Assembly: GCA_020137815.1 (NCBI GenBank)
Contig: CM035360.1
Location: 7,440,001 to 7,504,000 of the forward strand
DNA length: 64,000 nt
Source of the DNA: Hormiphora californensis
Taxonomy: Eukaryota > Animalia > Ctenophora
Reading direction: 5' to 3'
Below, one piece after another: positions 12,301 to 23,030 of this stretch. Within the stretch, counting starts at the first letter, position 1; every line of letters begins with the position of its first letter. The notes below the pieces were generated by a model, which was not told the DNA's origin, did no database searches, and saw nothing but the letters and a program-made list of their open reading frames with translations. The position numbers and the translations under genes were made by a program.

Positions 12301-13838
12301 AGATTGTAGAAATTATAGCTATAGACTGCCTCAAAGCATAAAATTTGACTATTGGACCCATACTTTTGCACAAATGACATTTGTTACTAGAATTCCCTTA
12401 CGGACGATAGAGTCATATATGACACAGTGGGCCCAGCAAAAACTACATGTCGAAACTTCAAATTTCTTTTTCGAGGTAGTTTGTGGTAATAATATCTACT
12501 TATAAACGAAAAATTAGAAAAATCTATCGAGCCAATCCTTCTCGCCCTTAAAGGGTTATAGGGCAAGGACCTGACTCCCACAATTACAGCCCCCTCCCCT
12601 CACACAACAACTACTTGCAGGGGTCCATGTTACATTCCCGAACGGTGGAACGTGGGGTGTTTGTACCTCCTGGAACATCTCAAGGGTTGCCTTCCACGAG
12701 CTACACAGGATGCCAAACTGGACTCTGTGGTCCACCGACGAGCCTGACACTAAACCAGGTAGGGGTAATCAGAGTGTTTGTTTATTTATATTATAGGGCC
12801 ACAAATAGTTATAACTATATATAGTCCTTGGCCTTCTTGTATCCCCCATGATAGTGATACCTACTAACTCTGCAGTTGCAGTGCACCGGGTGCCGACAGT
12901 GCTCTATCACAGGCTGAGAGCATGACTAACTAACTTGTTTCTATTTGTACCTACTAACTCTGCCACTAATCCCCTGATTCCTCCCCCCCCCCCAGATTTG
13001 TGTGGTAGCTGTTCGTCAGATTCAGGAAACTACTGTACAACAGAGGGAGAGTTTTGTCCTGAAGTTCAATCGGGAGACACATGTCCATCTTCATATCTAT
13101 CATACTGTAAGTTCAGCTGCTGATCTAAAACCCCTCAATTTGTCAAGACCAATACCATCCAGCCAAGTCAAGACCGAAATCAGTTTTGGGATCACTAGAA
13201 ATTGCCAACTTTCTCCCCGCAAAGTACAAACCTTCCATTACCCAACCACGTCCACAAACATATCTATTATCTCCATGTCAGGTGGTGGGTGTGGGTTGAG
13301 TGGTACACGGATCTCATGTAATGGAACGAGGGAGTGCATTAACACGTCAGCCATGTGCAATGGAATACGGGATTGTAAGAGCAGAGAGGATGAGATGAAC
13401 TTGTCCAAATGAAACAATGATTTGTGGGAAAGGTAACTGTGTGTGGGGTGTTTATGTTATGGTTGGTGATGGTTCCAGTTGATCTCCCAAAACCAACGTG
13501 CTGGGAGCCACATTCTGTGATCTTGCCCAACAGCTGTCTGACGGCGCCGACCCGATCTGATCGCTGTCAGACAGCTCAACAACACCCAACCAAAAACCAT
13601 GATCTGGGTATTTTCACCCGTCTGGCCGCGCCGACACCGTTTTGATTGATCGGGTCAGCGCCGCCAGACGGATTTTCATCGTTGTGTTGATCCAATTTGT
13701 AACATAATCCAAATTGTTTCAGATGTATATGACGGGCTTTCTAATCGGTGTGTAAACCCAACGAATGGGGAGGGTAAAAGACTGGACTACTATTTGATAC
13801 CCATTTTATTGCTCTTGTTAAAACGATTGATAGACTGA
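6390..13838 (+). CDS. Secreted/GPI-like Cys-rich protein with one LDL-receptor class A domain, ~290 aa; exons 6390-6444, 6583-6722, 8555-8723, 12621-12758, 12996-13106, 13282-13432, 13723-13838; apparent 1-bp frameshift at ~13401
   Basis: All junctions GT-AG and phase-compatible; signal peptide MTEIFLLFLLLLRPNLAH; LDLa motif SCNGTRECINTSAMCNGIRDCKSREDEMN(C); hydrophobic C-terminus YYLIPILLLLL after removing one T. Confidence 0.75.
8464..8512. repeat. Short near-perfect palindrome (~24-bp arms)
   Basis: CCCCTACTACCTTTCTTTCCCA-G-TGGGAAAGAAAGGTAGTAGGGG. Confidence 0.85.
8793..12555. mobile_element. Non-autonomous piggyBac-like foldback element (3.76 kb) in intron 3 of the LDLa gene
   Basis: TTAT duplicated at 8789-8792 and 12556-12559; termini CCCTTTGAGGGCGA / TCGCCCTTAAAGGG; internal inverted arms ~9133-9679 plus 10962-11263 pairing with ~11578-12425; repeated TCATATATGAC motif. 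Confidence 0.8.
9680..10957. mobile_element. Kolobok-like palindromic non-autonomous element (626-bp arms, 26-nt loop) nested in the left arm of the piggyBac-like element
   Basis: TTAA TSD (9676-9679, 10958-10961); GGGTACACC...GGTGTACCC termini; empty site AGAAATTAAATTTGGC visible in the opposite arm (~11873-11888); identical 77-aa ORFs on both strands reflect the palindrome. Confidence 0.85.
13535..13672. repeat. GC-rich hairpin repeat, related copy at ~7800-7856
   Basis: Shared GTCTG(G/A)CGGCGCCGA(T/C)CCGATCTGA motif and its inverted partner at both loci. Confidence 0.55.
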
Positions 13839-14330
13839 ATTTTAACTTTTCATAAAAGGAATTAAATCGTATTTTGAAAGTGGGCTACACGTTTTTATAG
13901 TTCCATCTAAAAGATTCGTCAGATTGTTTCACACGCTCATTGCAACCAACAACAAATTCTCAACTCCGTTAAAAATTATATTCGCCAAAATTCAGACAAA
14001 CAAATAATAAAATTGGGTTGCAATGTGCCGAAATCGTTTAGTAATTCACCGTAGCCTGGATCAAATCCAAATGTACGGTATCGCATTTTCTCTCCCAAGG
14101 CTCGTGCAGTTGATCACACGGGTTGTCAAGTGTCTCCAAGAAAATCTGCACTGCTGCTCACTCGATTGAAGTGCTGAAACGTGTGCACTTTTCTCACAAG
14201 AGACGCGCAGCGCGGCCCACACATGGGCTCGCAAACCGCCGCCAAATTGTGCCCCAAACATGGCACATTGCACATTCTGGGGTTTTTAGGACACACTCAG
14301 ATTATTTACACTTCATGGTTCTCATTCACT

Positions 14331-15134
14331 TCAACCATCATCGCTAGTTAAAAACGGACTATTCACAACTTTGCTATACTTTTTAACTTTAAAAGATAAA
14401 CCAACACTTTTTCTACTCTCTTGCTCTTCTCTCGAGTCCACTATCACTTCCGCCCATTTTCCTGGCTCATTTACAACTGTCCTTCCACCAAATTCATCAG
14501 AAGATTTAGATGTGATAATGGTAGTTGGAGGTAGGATGATAGGTTTTCGTTTAGTCTTCCATTTTACCTCCCATTTTTCACTTTCATACTCCTCCGCTGC
14601 TGTACGACACGCTGCCTTAGAGTTTGGGGTCTTGGTGGAGAGGGCACTCATTCCTGACAGCATTTCTTCAAACTGCGAGGGGATTAGAATTAGATGGGAC
14701 AGTAATTATAGTAGAGAGGGATAGAAACAATCGGAAGGGGAAATTCTGACTTAAAATAACATTCTCTCACCTCTCTGTCAAGTTTGGAATTCCTCTCCTC
14801 AACAAATCCTAGCCCAGCTCCTTTCTCGATTTGTGGAGTTGCTTTTACGGGCGTCGTTTCCTCTTTTTCATGTTCACCATCTGCTGCCCCCATTTTCCTG
14901 AGTAGAGCGTACCCTACACCATACTTCTCTTGCAACTCCTGCGAAATAAGGGAATTAGAGATAAAGAGAGATGTTGGGACAGAGAGAGAGAGGGGGAGAG
15001 GGAGAGAGATAAAGAGAGGTGTTGGGACAGAGAGAGAGACACAGAGAGAGACAGAGAGAGAGGATTAGTGGATAACTCTGGATGAAAAGTTTTGTTCATA
15101 CTTGCTCTGATAAAGGTTGTTCACTGGTTGCCAT
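14331..15134 (-). CDS. Small G-patch domain protein, ~180 aa; exons 15134-15102, 14938-14771, 14672-14331
   Basis: G-patch motif KYGVGYALLRKMG...KGAGLGF; three phase-0 GT-AG exons starting MATSEQPLSEQ. Confidence 0.75.
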
Positions 15135-15518
15135 ATATCGAACTCTCTCTTTCTGTCGTGGTACTAGAAACGGAGTGGGGGTAAAATCGGTAATTTATGC
15201 CAAAACAACCCAAAACCCCTTCAAAAGCAAAATAAAACGGATCTCGTTTTTTCAGTGGAACTATTTCATATTCTGTAGGTACATGATACATTGGGAAAAG
15301 GGGATTATAAAGTTATATATTATTTACACAAATCTTACATTTCTCTCTGATCGTTGTATATAAATAAAAGTCACTCATTCATTCTCTCTCTCTTTTTCAA
15401 AATCACAAAAATAAGCCCTGCTTGTGAGATTGTGTGAATATATTGAAGGAGAATTCGAGTGGCACTGTCTCTCTCTATCTGGCACACACAAAATCTCTGA
15501 CATAGTTTTCATTTCACT

Positions 15519-17033
15519 CTACTGGCTAAGAATTCTGAAGAAGTATTCCGTTTCTAGACCCACATCTTCTGGGAGATCAGTACAGTGGACACTGTTGAAG
15601 ATCTTATCTTTACCAAAGAGTGCCCTAATTGTATCAGGTCGAAGATGTCGGGCTATCTCAGGATCTGCAGGTCCTACAAACTCTCGGAATGACTGGTGTT
15701 CACCCACCACCTGGTGAGGGAGGAGAGAGGTTATAAATTACCCTTTTAAATGTATGCACAGTATTATATGCATGATATATCTTGTTATAACCATCTTTGA
15801 GAGAGGGTCGAGTAAGTTAAGATATATCACATCAGTTACCTCGACAGCTAGACAAGGTCCGCTGCACAGCTCCGTTACCATCTGACTATACTCAGTTACA
15901 ACACCCTTGTATATTTCCAGGAACTCCTCTGCGTTTGCCTTGTCCAGGTTGTACATCTCAAGGGCGGAGATATCGTACCCTGAACTTGAAATCTGGCAGG
16001 AAGGGGTGTTAGAAATTCGGGTTAGCATTTACAAAAGATGACATTGCGATCTCCAATTGCAATTTCTCAAAACGAAGCAGTTAATGTTTTACCTTATTGA
16101 TAATTTTCCCAGTGTTTCCACCGTTAATGGCATGAGGTTTGATCAGACACAGGGTGGTTCCATTCAATCGACCAGTACCCATCAGCTTCCTCTTCCCTCG
16201 GAAAAAGAATTCAATTTCTCGAGCTGCACTGGCGGGGCTGTCTGAGCCGTGACAAGCGTTCTGGGTGTTATCCGAACCATACAGAGCTCGCAGACTTTGG
16301 GGTACCATACTGCGGGGGAGGAGGGGTGTTACAATACAAAGTCGACCAGGATGATCCTGGCAGGATCTACAGACTAAATTAGCACCACAAGGACTACACA
16401 TATTTTGGCCACCCTGCAATGGGAGAACATGTCCTGTAATTAGGTGAGAGGAGGGAGAACTACCTGCGTGCCTCAGATGAGCTGGTAGGACCAATAATCT
16501 TCCTCCATCTATTGATAGCATCATCCCCCATTAGTTCCATTACTATGACAGGCCCCGATACTATGAAGGCGATCAGTTCATCAAAGAAGTGCTTTCCACC
16601 GTGCTCAGAGTAGAAAGCAGCAGCATCAGTTTTAGAGAGAGTAATCATCTTAGCGTTACAAATTAGAAGACCTGGGAATTGGGGAGAATGTTACCTTTTA
16701 CCGATTTAGTGCTTCCAATCCTGCGAATTCTGGAACCTGAAAAGTCACTAAAAACTAGTGCCAATAACGACTTACCCTCTCGATCGATCCGTTCCAAAAT
16801 GGCACCCAACTTTGACACAGCATCAGGTTTAATAATGGCCAGCGTCTTCTCATTCCTCTTTCCCAGTGTCGCCTTGGTATGACTATCACCATAATCCGTC
16901 AGGGTCAGTTGGCGGGAGTTGACATTGAGTACAGAGCCCACAAAGAGCTTATCTTCTGTAATGTTGGGTACTGCACTGCGCTTCAAGAAGAGTCGCCTGG
17001 AAGATGATGCGTGACTGTCCGCGGGTTAGTTTG

Positions 17034-17120
<87 letters not shown>

Positions 17121-18350
17121 CAGTTGTGGGGGGGTACCAACCTATTTTTTTGTATTTTTTTGTATTTTTTTGTACGGTCCGTACAAAAAAATAACCAAAA
17201 TTCCCTGCTTTTTCCGTACAAAAAATACAAAAAAATACAAAAAAATATACTGCTGAAGGGAACTTCTTTAGGGCCCCCTATAAGTCTCTAGAGGTTTGCG
17301 GGGTCCTTATACTGGCCTGTATAGCCCTCTAGTTTCGTAGTACTCATAATCCCATGCTTTTTCCATGCGAACATTACCATGATTAAGTTATTCTAGACCT
17401 GAACTTGCTCCAAATCCTAGTTGGGTAACAGCAAAATATGTCGGGATAGTGCCCAAGCTTTATTTTCTGATGAAATTTCATTTTTCGGCCGAATATGCCT
17501 ACTTATTCCCCCTCATGCCTGGAAAAAGGAGGGATAAGCAGGCCGAAAAACTGAAAAAGCCGAATCGGCCTCTCTCCCCCGGCCAGTTGTGCGCGCGCTA
17601 CATTATATACTCTCAAATCGCAGTTTATTCAGTTCCCCTATGGTGTAGTGGTTATTGCATATACTTGACACGCAGAAGGTCCCGGGTTCGAAACTCGCCT
17701 GGATCATTTTTTTCAAAACTTTTTAAATACTAACACTTGGTATAGCACTAAGTGTAAATCAATTAATTTCAAAAACTCGACCGTTTTTTAGACTATTAAA
17801 TTAAAGTTCCACTATCTTGAACTATTATCAAACTAACTTAGACCACGGGAAAAAATCGGCCAAAATGGGGATAAATTTTGGCCATTCTCGGCCAAAAAAT
17901 ATGCTGGGACACCGGGTTAGTAAGACTTGTTCTAGTTAGGAGTCGTGGGGACGGGGAATGGTAAAATAAACTAAATAAACACTCTAGAGGCCTTTAAAGG
18001 CCAATAGAAGGACCTCGAGCGCCTCTAGAGACCTGTAGAAGGCACCAAAGAAGTTCCCGACAGCAGTAAACTTTTTTGTATTTTTTTGTATTTTTTTGTA
18101 TTTTTTTGTATTTTTTGTACGGACCGTACAAAAAAATATTGCCTGCTTTTTCCGTACATCCGTACACAAAAATGGTTGATACCCCCCCACAGTTGTTTAA
18201 CCCATCTGAAAGATACCTATTTTTAATGTCGAACATCTCCACAGTACTGTCTACTGGATAAAACATGAACTGATACCGTCGAACAAGTTCGGCATTTTGA
18301 TCGTACCACTCGGCGTGAAACACCAGTCGCTCATCTGTCATACTACCCAT
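15519..18350 (-). CDS. NME7: Nucleoside diphosphate kinase 7 (DM10 + two NDK domains), multi-exon
   Basis: DM10 start ERLVFHAEWYDQNAELVRRYQFMFYPVDSTVEMFDIKNRRLFLKR; NDK motifs TLAIIKPDAV, NACHGSDS, TLCLIKPHAI, NSVHCTDLPED; exons include 18350-18217, 16996-16776, 16671-16464. Confidence 0.95.
17128..18188. mobile_element. Non-autonomous DNA transposon with G-run termini (MULE/Merlin-like) in NME7 intron 1
   Basis: 8-bp TSD ACAGTTGT (17120-17127, 18189-18196); ~200-bp degenerate TIRs beginning GGGGGGGTA(C/T)CAACC with TTTTTTGTA repeats. Confidence 0.8.
17632..17713 (+). pseudogene. tRNA-Val-derived sequence with Pol III A/B boxes and oligo-T terminator, inside the transposon
   Basis: TGGTGTAGTGGTTAT (A box/D arm), CTTGACACGCAGAAGGTCC, GGTTCGAAAC (B box), followed by T7; stems partly unpaired. 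Confidence 0.7.
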
Positions 18351-18750
18351 GGTGCCTAGCTGGGGCGAGGTAGGGTAATGGAAATATAATTAGGTAGGAG
18401 GGTTATCGATGGAGGGGGTGAATCTTAGAGGTGCAATTCCTAGCACTCTGATTGTCCGAGACAGAATGGTTTAGGGAATTACTGTGAACACCAGCACCAG
18501 GGGAGTAAGTAGTAACCTCTATAAAAACAACTGGAATATCACGAAAAAGAATTGGATAAGAATTTACACACGAATCTCTCTGTGTACAGTATTTACAAAA
18601 CTAGACAACTATTTACAGTGTGAGTTGTTAAGATGTGATTCTGATGATTTGTGTAAAACTAAAATCTGTCCGTATCAAAACAAATAATTTATCTTTCTGA
18701 ATAAGATCTGAGAATTACTATAATCAGCTAATTCTGAGTCACTGATAATA

Positions 18751-21700
18751 TCACTTCTTCTCCCCCTCCTCTTTCTTTTCTTCCTCCTGATCAACGTTCA
18801 AACTGCTCAATATTGTATCAACCTCAGCTGCCAGCGCCAGGAAATTATTCCTCCCTGGCATGTTGGCTGATGATATCTCTTGGTGTACAGTGGTAAGGTT
18901 CCGCTGGAAGGTTTTCAGAGCTTTAGGCAGATCAGGTTCAACCACGGCCATTCCAAGAAGATCCCGCTTATAACTATCGATCAGAGTGAAGATAGCACCC
19001 TCTCTCTCCCTGATATCGTACCCAATGTGATGGGCTCTACACATCTGGAAGAACACGCTGTAGTGAACTAGGGAGAGATTGGAGTGGAACAACCGAGGTG
19101 AGAGAATAGCAAACCGGTAGTTGGGTGGCTGCCGTTCTTTGGGTGATTTAAACCGAGATGATAGTTCCGGCATGACCTTATAAGGAGGTATCTTGAAGAG
19201 CCCCGTGGCAGTATCAAATCGCCCTCCTGTGACGTACTGCAGAACATTAGCCAGTGCCATTGTGTCTGTATACTGGATTTTCAGATCTATTGCCCAGAGT
19301 TGCTGCTCCTCCGAGCCAGGTAGCATGAATGTAGCAAATGTAGCAGAGACATAACCAATAATAGCACGGTCATAACACGCCTTACCAACCGCTACACAGT
19401 TGCTATGGAGACGGATTGGTGCAATTGATGTTTGGGGTGAGGATATGGCCCAAGTTTGGAACTCTGTGGCTCTGATCTGATCTCCAGTATTGCGGATCTC
19501 CACATTTCCAGTAGGATCCACAAACATGTCCACAGTGATACACGTGACGTCATCTGAAGGTGGACATGCCTCAATCACCCCACCTGACTTGGTAAAGGCA
19601 ACCAGGAACTTGTCAATGGAAGGGAAGAGGGTCCTGTTGACCACTTTGAGATTGTTGTAGATAATCTCCGGTAGTTCGGAGTAAATTTTGATGATAGTCG
19701 GCTCCTGTGCCCATCTCTTACCCCACTTGTTCCCGTACCGTTCCGCTTGTTTGAGGGCCCATTTGTGACATGATAGGAACTGTGTGACGTCACAATAGGC
19801 TGTTCCTCGACCATCAAACTCTCCATCGATCTTGAAGACCCACCTCTTAATGTTGAGGTTGCTGGCCACTAGGGATGACAACAACTCAAACAATTGCTCC
19901 TCCGTGTAAATATCAAACTCTGAGGGAGGTACACTGACTCCAGCACTATTGAAGATTCGTTTGGCACCTGATTTAGTTGAAAACAGGTTCACAATATCTG
20001 GCTCTGCCCCAAGAACGGGAACGTTTAGTTTCTCTGACAGCTCCAAATCATCTCGATGTGTGATACCCGGGAGAATGTAAGCTGTTTTCCCGGCGATCAG
20101 CCGTTTTAACCGCTTCATTGTTTGAGCGGAATACAAGAGGAGGGAGGAGAGACAAAAGTTTAGGCCCGGGAACTTATCCAGATGATCGGGTACTAGGAAC
20201 TTCACTTTGTTGGCATTTTCAGGAAGGTTGTCACCCTGATCGCTGACACCCATCCCAAGAAGTTTCATGTAATACTGCTGCATATCAGTATCTAGATCAA
20301 TAGGTGAGATGTATATCACCTCAACATTCGGATCATTAACATCACATATCCGGCCCATTTGACTGTTTTGAAGGTTGTGGTAGTCAACTAAACTGTCTCG
20401 AATTGCTTGGCTATATCCTCTGGAAGGGAGGTGGATAATCACCTTCTTTTTAGTCTTCATACTCTCCCAATTGTTCTTGAGCTCCAGTTGGCGTTCCCTG
20501 AACTTGACAAGGTACTTAGCACGTGACATTTTCAGTTCAGTTCTCACATTCGTCATTTTCATTACCATCAGCCACTTCATGGAAATTAGAGAGGCTGCCT
20601 TCTGGCATTCCCGGTATTCCAAATACCGTAGTCGCTCCTGATACATCCTGTAGGTTGCCTGGATCTTGGATGCTGCTAGTTGGTGTCCCTGAGGGCCCTT
20701 GTAAATCTGTCCAGGGGTAGCGATTGTAGAGAGGATGGAGACTTGGTTTGTGCAGCAATCGATCAGCTCCTCACTGGACGGTCTCATCTCCATTCTGTAC
20801 TTCATAGCCAGTCTAACTAGACTCTCTCCCTCCACCACAGCAACAGGAACAGCATATTTAGCAAGGAACTCTTCAAGATCTTGAAGACAGGGGGCAATAA
20901 CGGACCATTGAGTAGCAAACTCTTTTCTGAAGTCATCAAACTCTGCATTTTCGGTGACTGCCCGGCCATTTTGTATGGTGAACTTACGGGATTTCAAGAG
21001 GGCAGGTGTCTGGGGTGGTCCCAAGGGTGGTGGGTTCGGTGAAAGAGCGGAGAAGGGGGTGTTGATCATTTTGATGGATGAAGAAGCCCCTGATTTCCCT
21101 CGTAATGGCACACTGGCCGTGATGATTCGGGGTCCCACTGGTGGATGAGGGGGCATCATCTGCATTTCATGAACTGAGCTATCCAGCTGGACACCCACCA
21201 TGGTGTGTTCCAACTCCTGTGCATCTGCAATCCGCTCCAAGTTGAGGGGACCCTGATAGTGGATGTGGGCAGCTCGCTGCTTGATGGGAGATGGTTCCAG
21301 GGTCAGTTCTGCAGCAGGGGGAATGAGACCCCGCTCACACAAACTCAGGATGCCCCTCTTGGCGTCCTTTTCGGTGATGGCCGGGGGAGTTAGCCGGGGG
21401 TTGAGTCGGTTTGCTTTTGGGAGAGGAGGTGAGCCTTTGACGGTTGGACCCATTAGAGGTTTTGGAGGTGAAATGGGTGGTAGAGCAAGGCGTTCCTTAG
21501 GTTTAGAAACCCCAAATTGTTCCTCGATAATCTTCCTTGCGTTGACGTTGGAGGGTTGACGGAGAGGAGCAGCAACCATTCTTGATACCCATTGATCCTT
21601 CACAACTTGACCAGGTGTTTTATGGAGTTGAGCTACTGGATATCTAGTTTTGTACCCACCACCACCACCCCTCCCTCCTGCCGGGGCTGTGGAGACCACA

Positions 21701-21951
21701 CTGGGGGCTGTGTTGACAGTCGGCAGGGTCATGACATGGTTCTGTTGAGCGGATAACAACTCCTCAGCCTTCCCCTGGACCGCTTTCTCTGTTCTACTGA
21801 TGGCCGCAGTGAATGCCTCAACATCAATCACCCCACCCGAGCTGTTGATTTGATCCTTTAGGTGCCTTAGCTCATCTTGTACTCGGACCAAGATTGAACC
21901 AGTGTCCTCCCCTCCCCCTCCTCCCTGTTGTGTCGCTAAAATCGTCGCCAT
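18751..21951 (-). CDS. IQCH: IQ motif-containing protein H, single-exon, 1066 aa
   Basis: IQ motif AASKIQATYRMYQERLRY; IQCH-type blocks GILSLCERGLIPPAAELT, IIHLPSRGYS, QNSQMGRICDVNDPNVEVIYISP, STKSGAKRIF, HYSVFFQMCRAHHIGYDI. Confidence 0.9.
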   Translation of the reverse strand: MATILATQQGGGGGEDTGSILVRVQDELRHLKDQINSSGGVIDVEAFTAAISRTEKAVQGKAEELLSAQQNHVMTLPTVNTAPSVVSTAPAGGRGGGGGYKTRYPVAQLHKTPGQVVKDQWVSRMVAAPLRQPSNVNARKIIEEQFGVSKPKERLALPPISPPKPLMGPTVKGSPPLPKANRLNPRLTPPAITEKDAKRGILSLCERGLIPPAAELTLEPSPIKQRAAHIHYQGPLNLERIADAQELEHTMVGVQLDSSVHEMQMMPPHPPVGPRIITASVPLRGKSGASSSIKMINTPFSALSPNPPPLGPPQTPALLKSRKFTIQNGRAVTENAEFDDFRKEFATQWSVIAPCLQDLEEFLAKYAVPVAVVEGESLVRLAMKYRMEMRPSSEELIDCCTNQVSILSTIATPGQIYKGPQGHQLAASKIQATYRMYQERLRYLEYRECQKAASLISMKWLMVMKMTNVRTELKMSRAKYLVKFRERQLELKNNWESMKTKKKVIIHLPSRGYSQAIRDSLVDYHNLQNSQMGRICDVNDPNVEVIYISPIDLDTDMQQYYMKLLGMGVSDQGDNLPENANKVKFLVPDHLDKFPGLNFCLSSLLLYSAQTMKRLKRLIAGKTAYILPGITHRDDLELSEKLNVPVLGAEPDIVNLFSTKSGAKRIFNSAGVSVPPSEFDIYTEEQLFELLSSLVASNLNIKRWVFKIDGEFDGRGTAYCDVTQFLSCHKWALKQAERYGNKWGKRWAQEPTIIKIYSELPEIIYNNLKVVNRTLFPSIDKFLVAFTKSGGVIEACPPSDDVTCITVDMFVDPTGNVEIRNTGDQIRATEFQTWAISSPQTSIAPIRLHSNCVAVGKACYDRAIIGYVSATFATFMLPGSEEQQLWAIDLKIQYTDTMALANVLQYVTGGRFDTATGLFKIPPYKVMPELSSRFKSPKERQPPNYRFAILSPRLFHSNLSLVHYSVFFQMCRAHHIGYDIREREGAIFTLIDSYKRDLLGMAVVEPDLPKALKTFQRNLTTVHQEISSANMPGRNNFLALAAEVDTILSSLNVDQEEEKKEEGEKK

Positions 21952-22471
21952 GATCTGCAGAATGGGAGAGTGTTAGAAGGCATTAGGGATGAGATAGAAG
22001 GGGAGAGAGTGTGTGAGAGAGAGAGAGATAGAAGGGGAGAGTGTGAGAGAGAGAGAGAGAAGGGGGAGAGAGAGATACAGAGAGACACACAAAGATCCAG
22101 AGCTAGAGAGATATCACACACGACACAGTGTGTTGCTGGTTTTAACTACATTGCATGTTACTTACACTGTGTTGCAGCGTGCGAATGGACTACATTCATC
22201 CCACACTTGCCATCCTACAAAGAAAGGTGATATATTGAGAAGGGTCGACAGACAATGCTGTAATATTGGTCGTGGGTTAATTAGGAATAAGTTGAACCGG
22301 GGTTGAAAAATAGGAGTTCCAGGGATTTTCATGGGATATAAGGACAATGGAAAAACTCAGAAAATCAAAACATTATCACTTTAGAAAAGCTTGTCACTAA
22401 ACGTGGGAAAACACATTTCCGAAATCAGCAATTTCAATAACTTATCTTTCACAAATTGTCTCTCACACTCT

Positions 22472-23030
22472 TTAGGCTACAGCAACCATACCCTCATAAA
22501 CATCAACCTCAATCTGAGCAGCGGCCTTGTCCGCTTCAGAGCTGGCAGAGGCTAGTTTACCCTTGGAAGCCTCAAGGGCTGCCCTCACCGCATTTCCATC
22601 AATATCTCCCACACTGCAGATCTCCTCAGCCAGGATCTGGACAGTAGAATCAGCGTGGATGGTGGCAGTGCCACTGCTAACAAAGAACTTCTGGATATCT
22701 CCAGCCTCAGTGGTGACAGAAACAACACCGGGAAGAAGGATGGCAATCGTGGGAACGTGGTTGGGCAAGATGCCAAAATGACCTGGTTGGAATGAAAATA
22801 GGTTACAAGGCTGAATGTTATCAGAAGGTAAGTGTGTTCTCAACACGACACGTGTTCCCCATGCAGTACTAACCAGTAGTGGAGGGAATGTCAACCTGCT
22901 TCACGGCAGCTTCATTGAACAGAGCGCTGGTGGGGCTACTGAACGTGAGGGGGAAGGTTGAACCAGCCTCAGTAGCCATGGCTCGTCGACAAAGGGCAGC
23001 GGTCCTCAGGGCAATGCTTCGGAAGGCCAT
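22472..23030 (-). CDS. ATP5F1D: Mitochondrial ATP synthase F1 subunit delta; exons 23030-22874, 22782-22472
   Basis: Presequence MAFRSIALRTAALCRRAM; VKQVDIPSTTGHFGILPNHVPTIAILLPGVV...FFVSSGTATIHADSTVQILAEE. Confidence 0.95.

Noticed and set aside
12423-12444. CACAGTG followed by GCAAAAACT, resembling an RSS
   Set aside because: Spacer is only 6 nt, with no partner end or TSD; lies inside the piggyBac-like element
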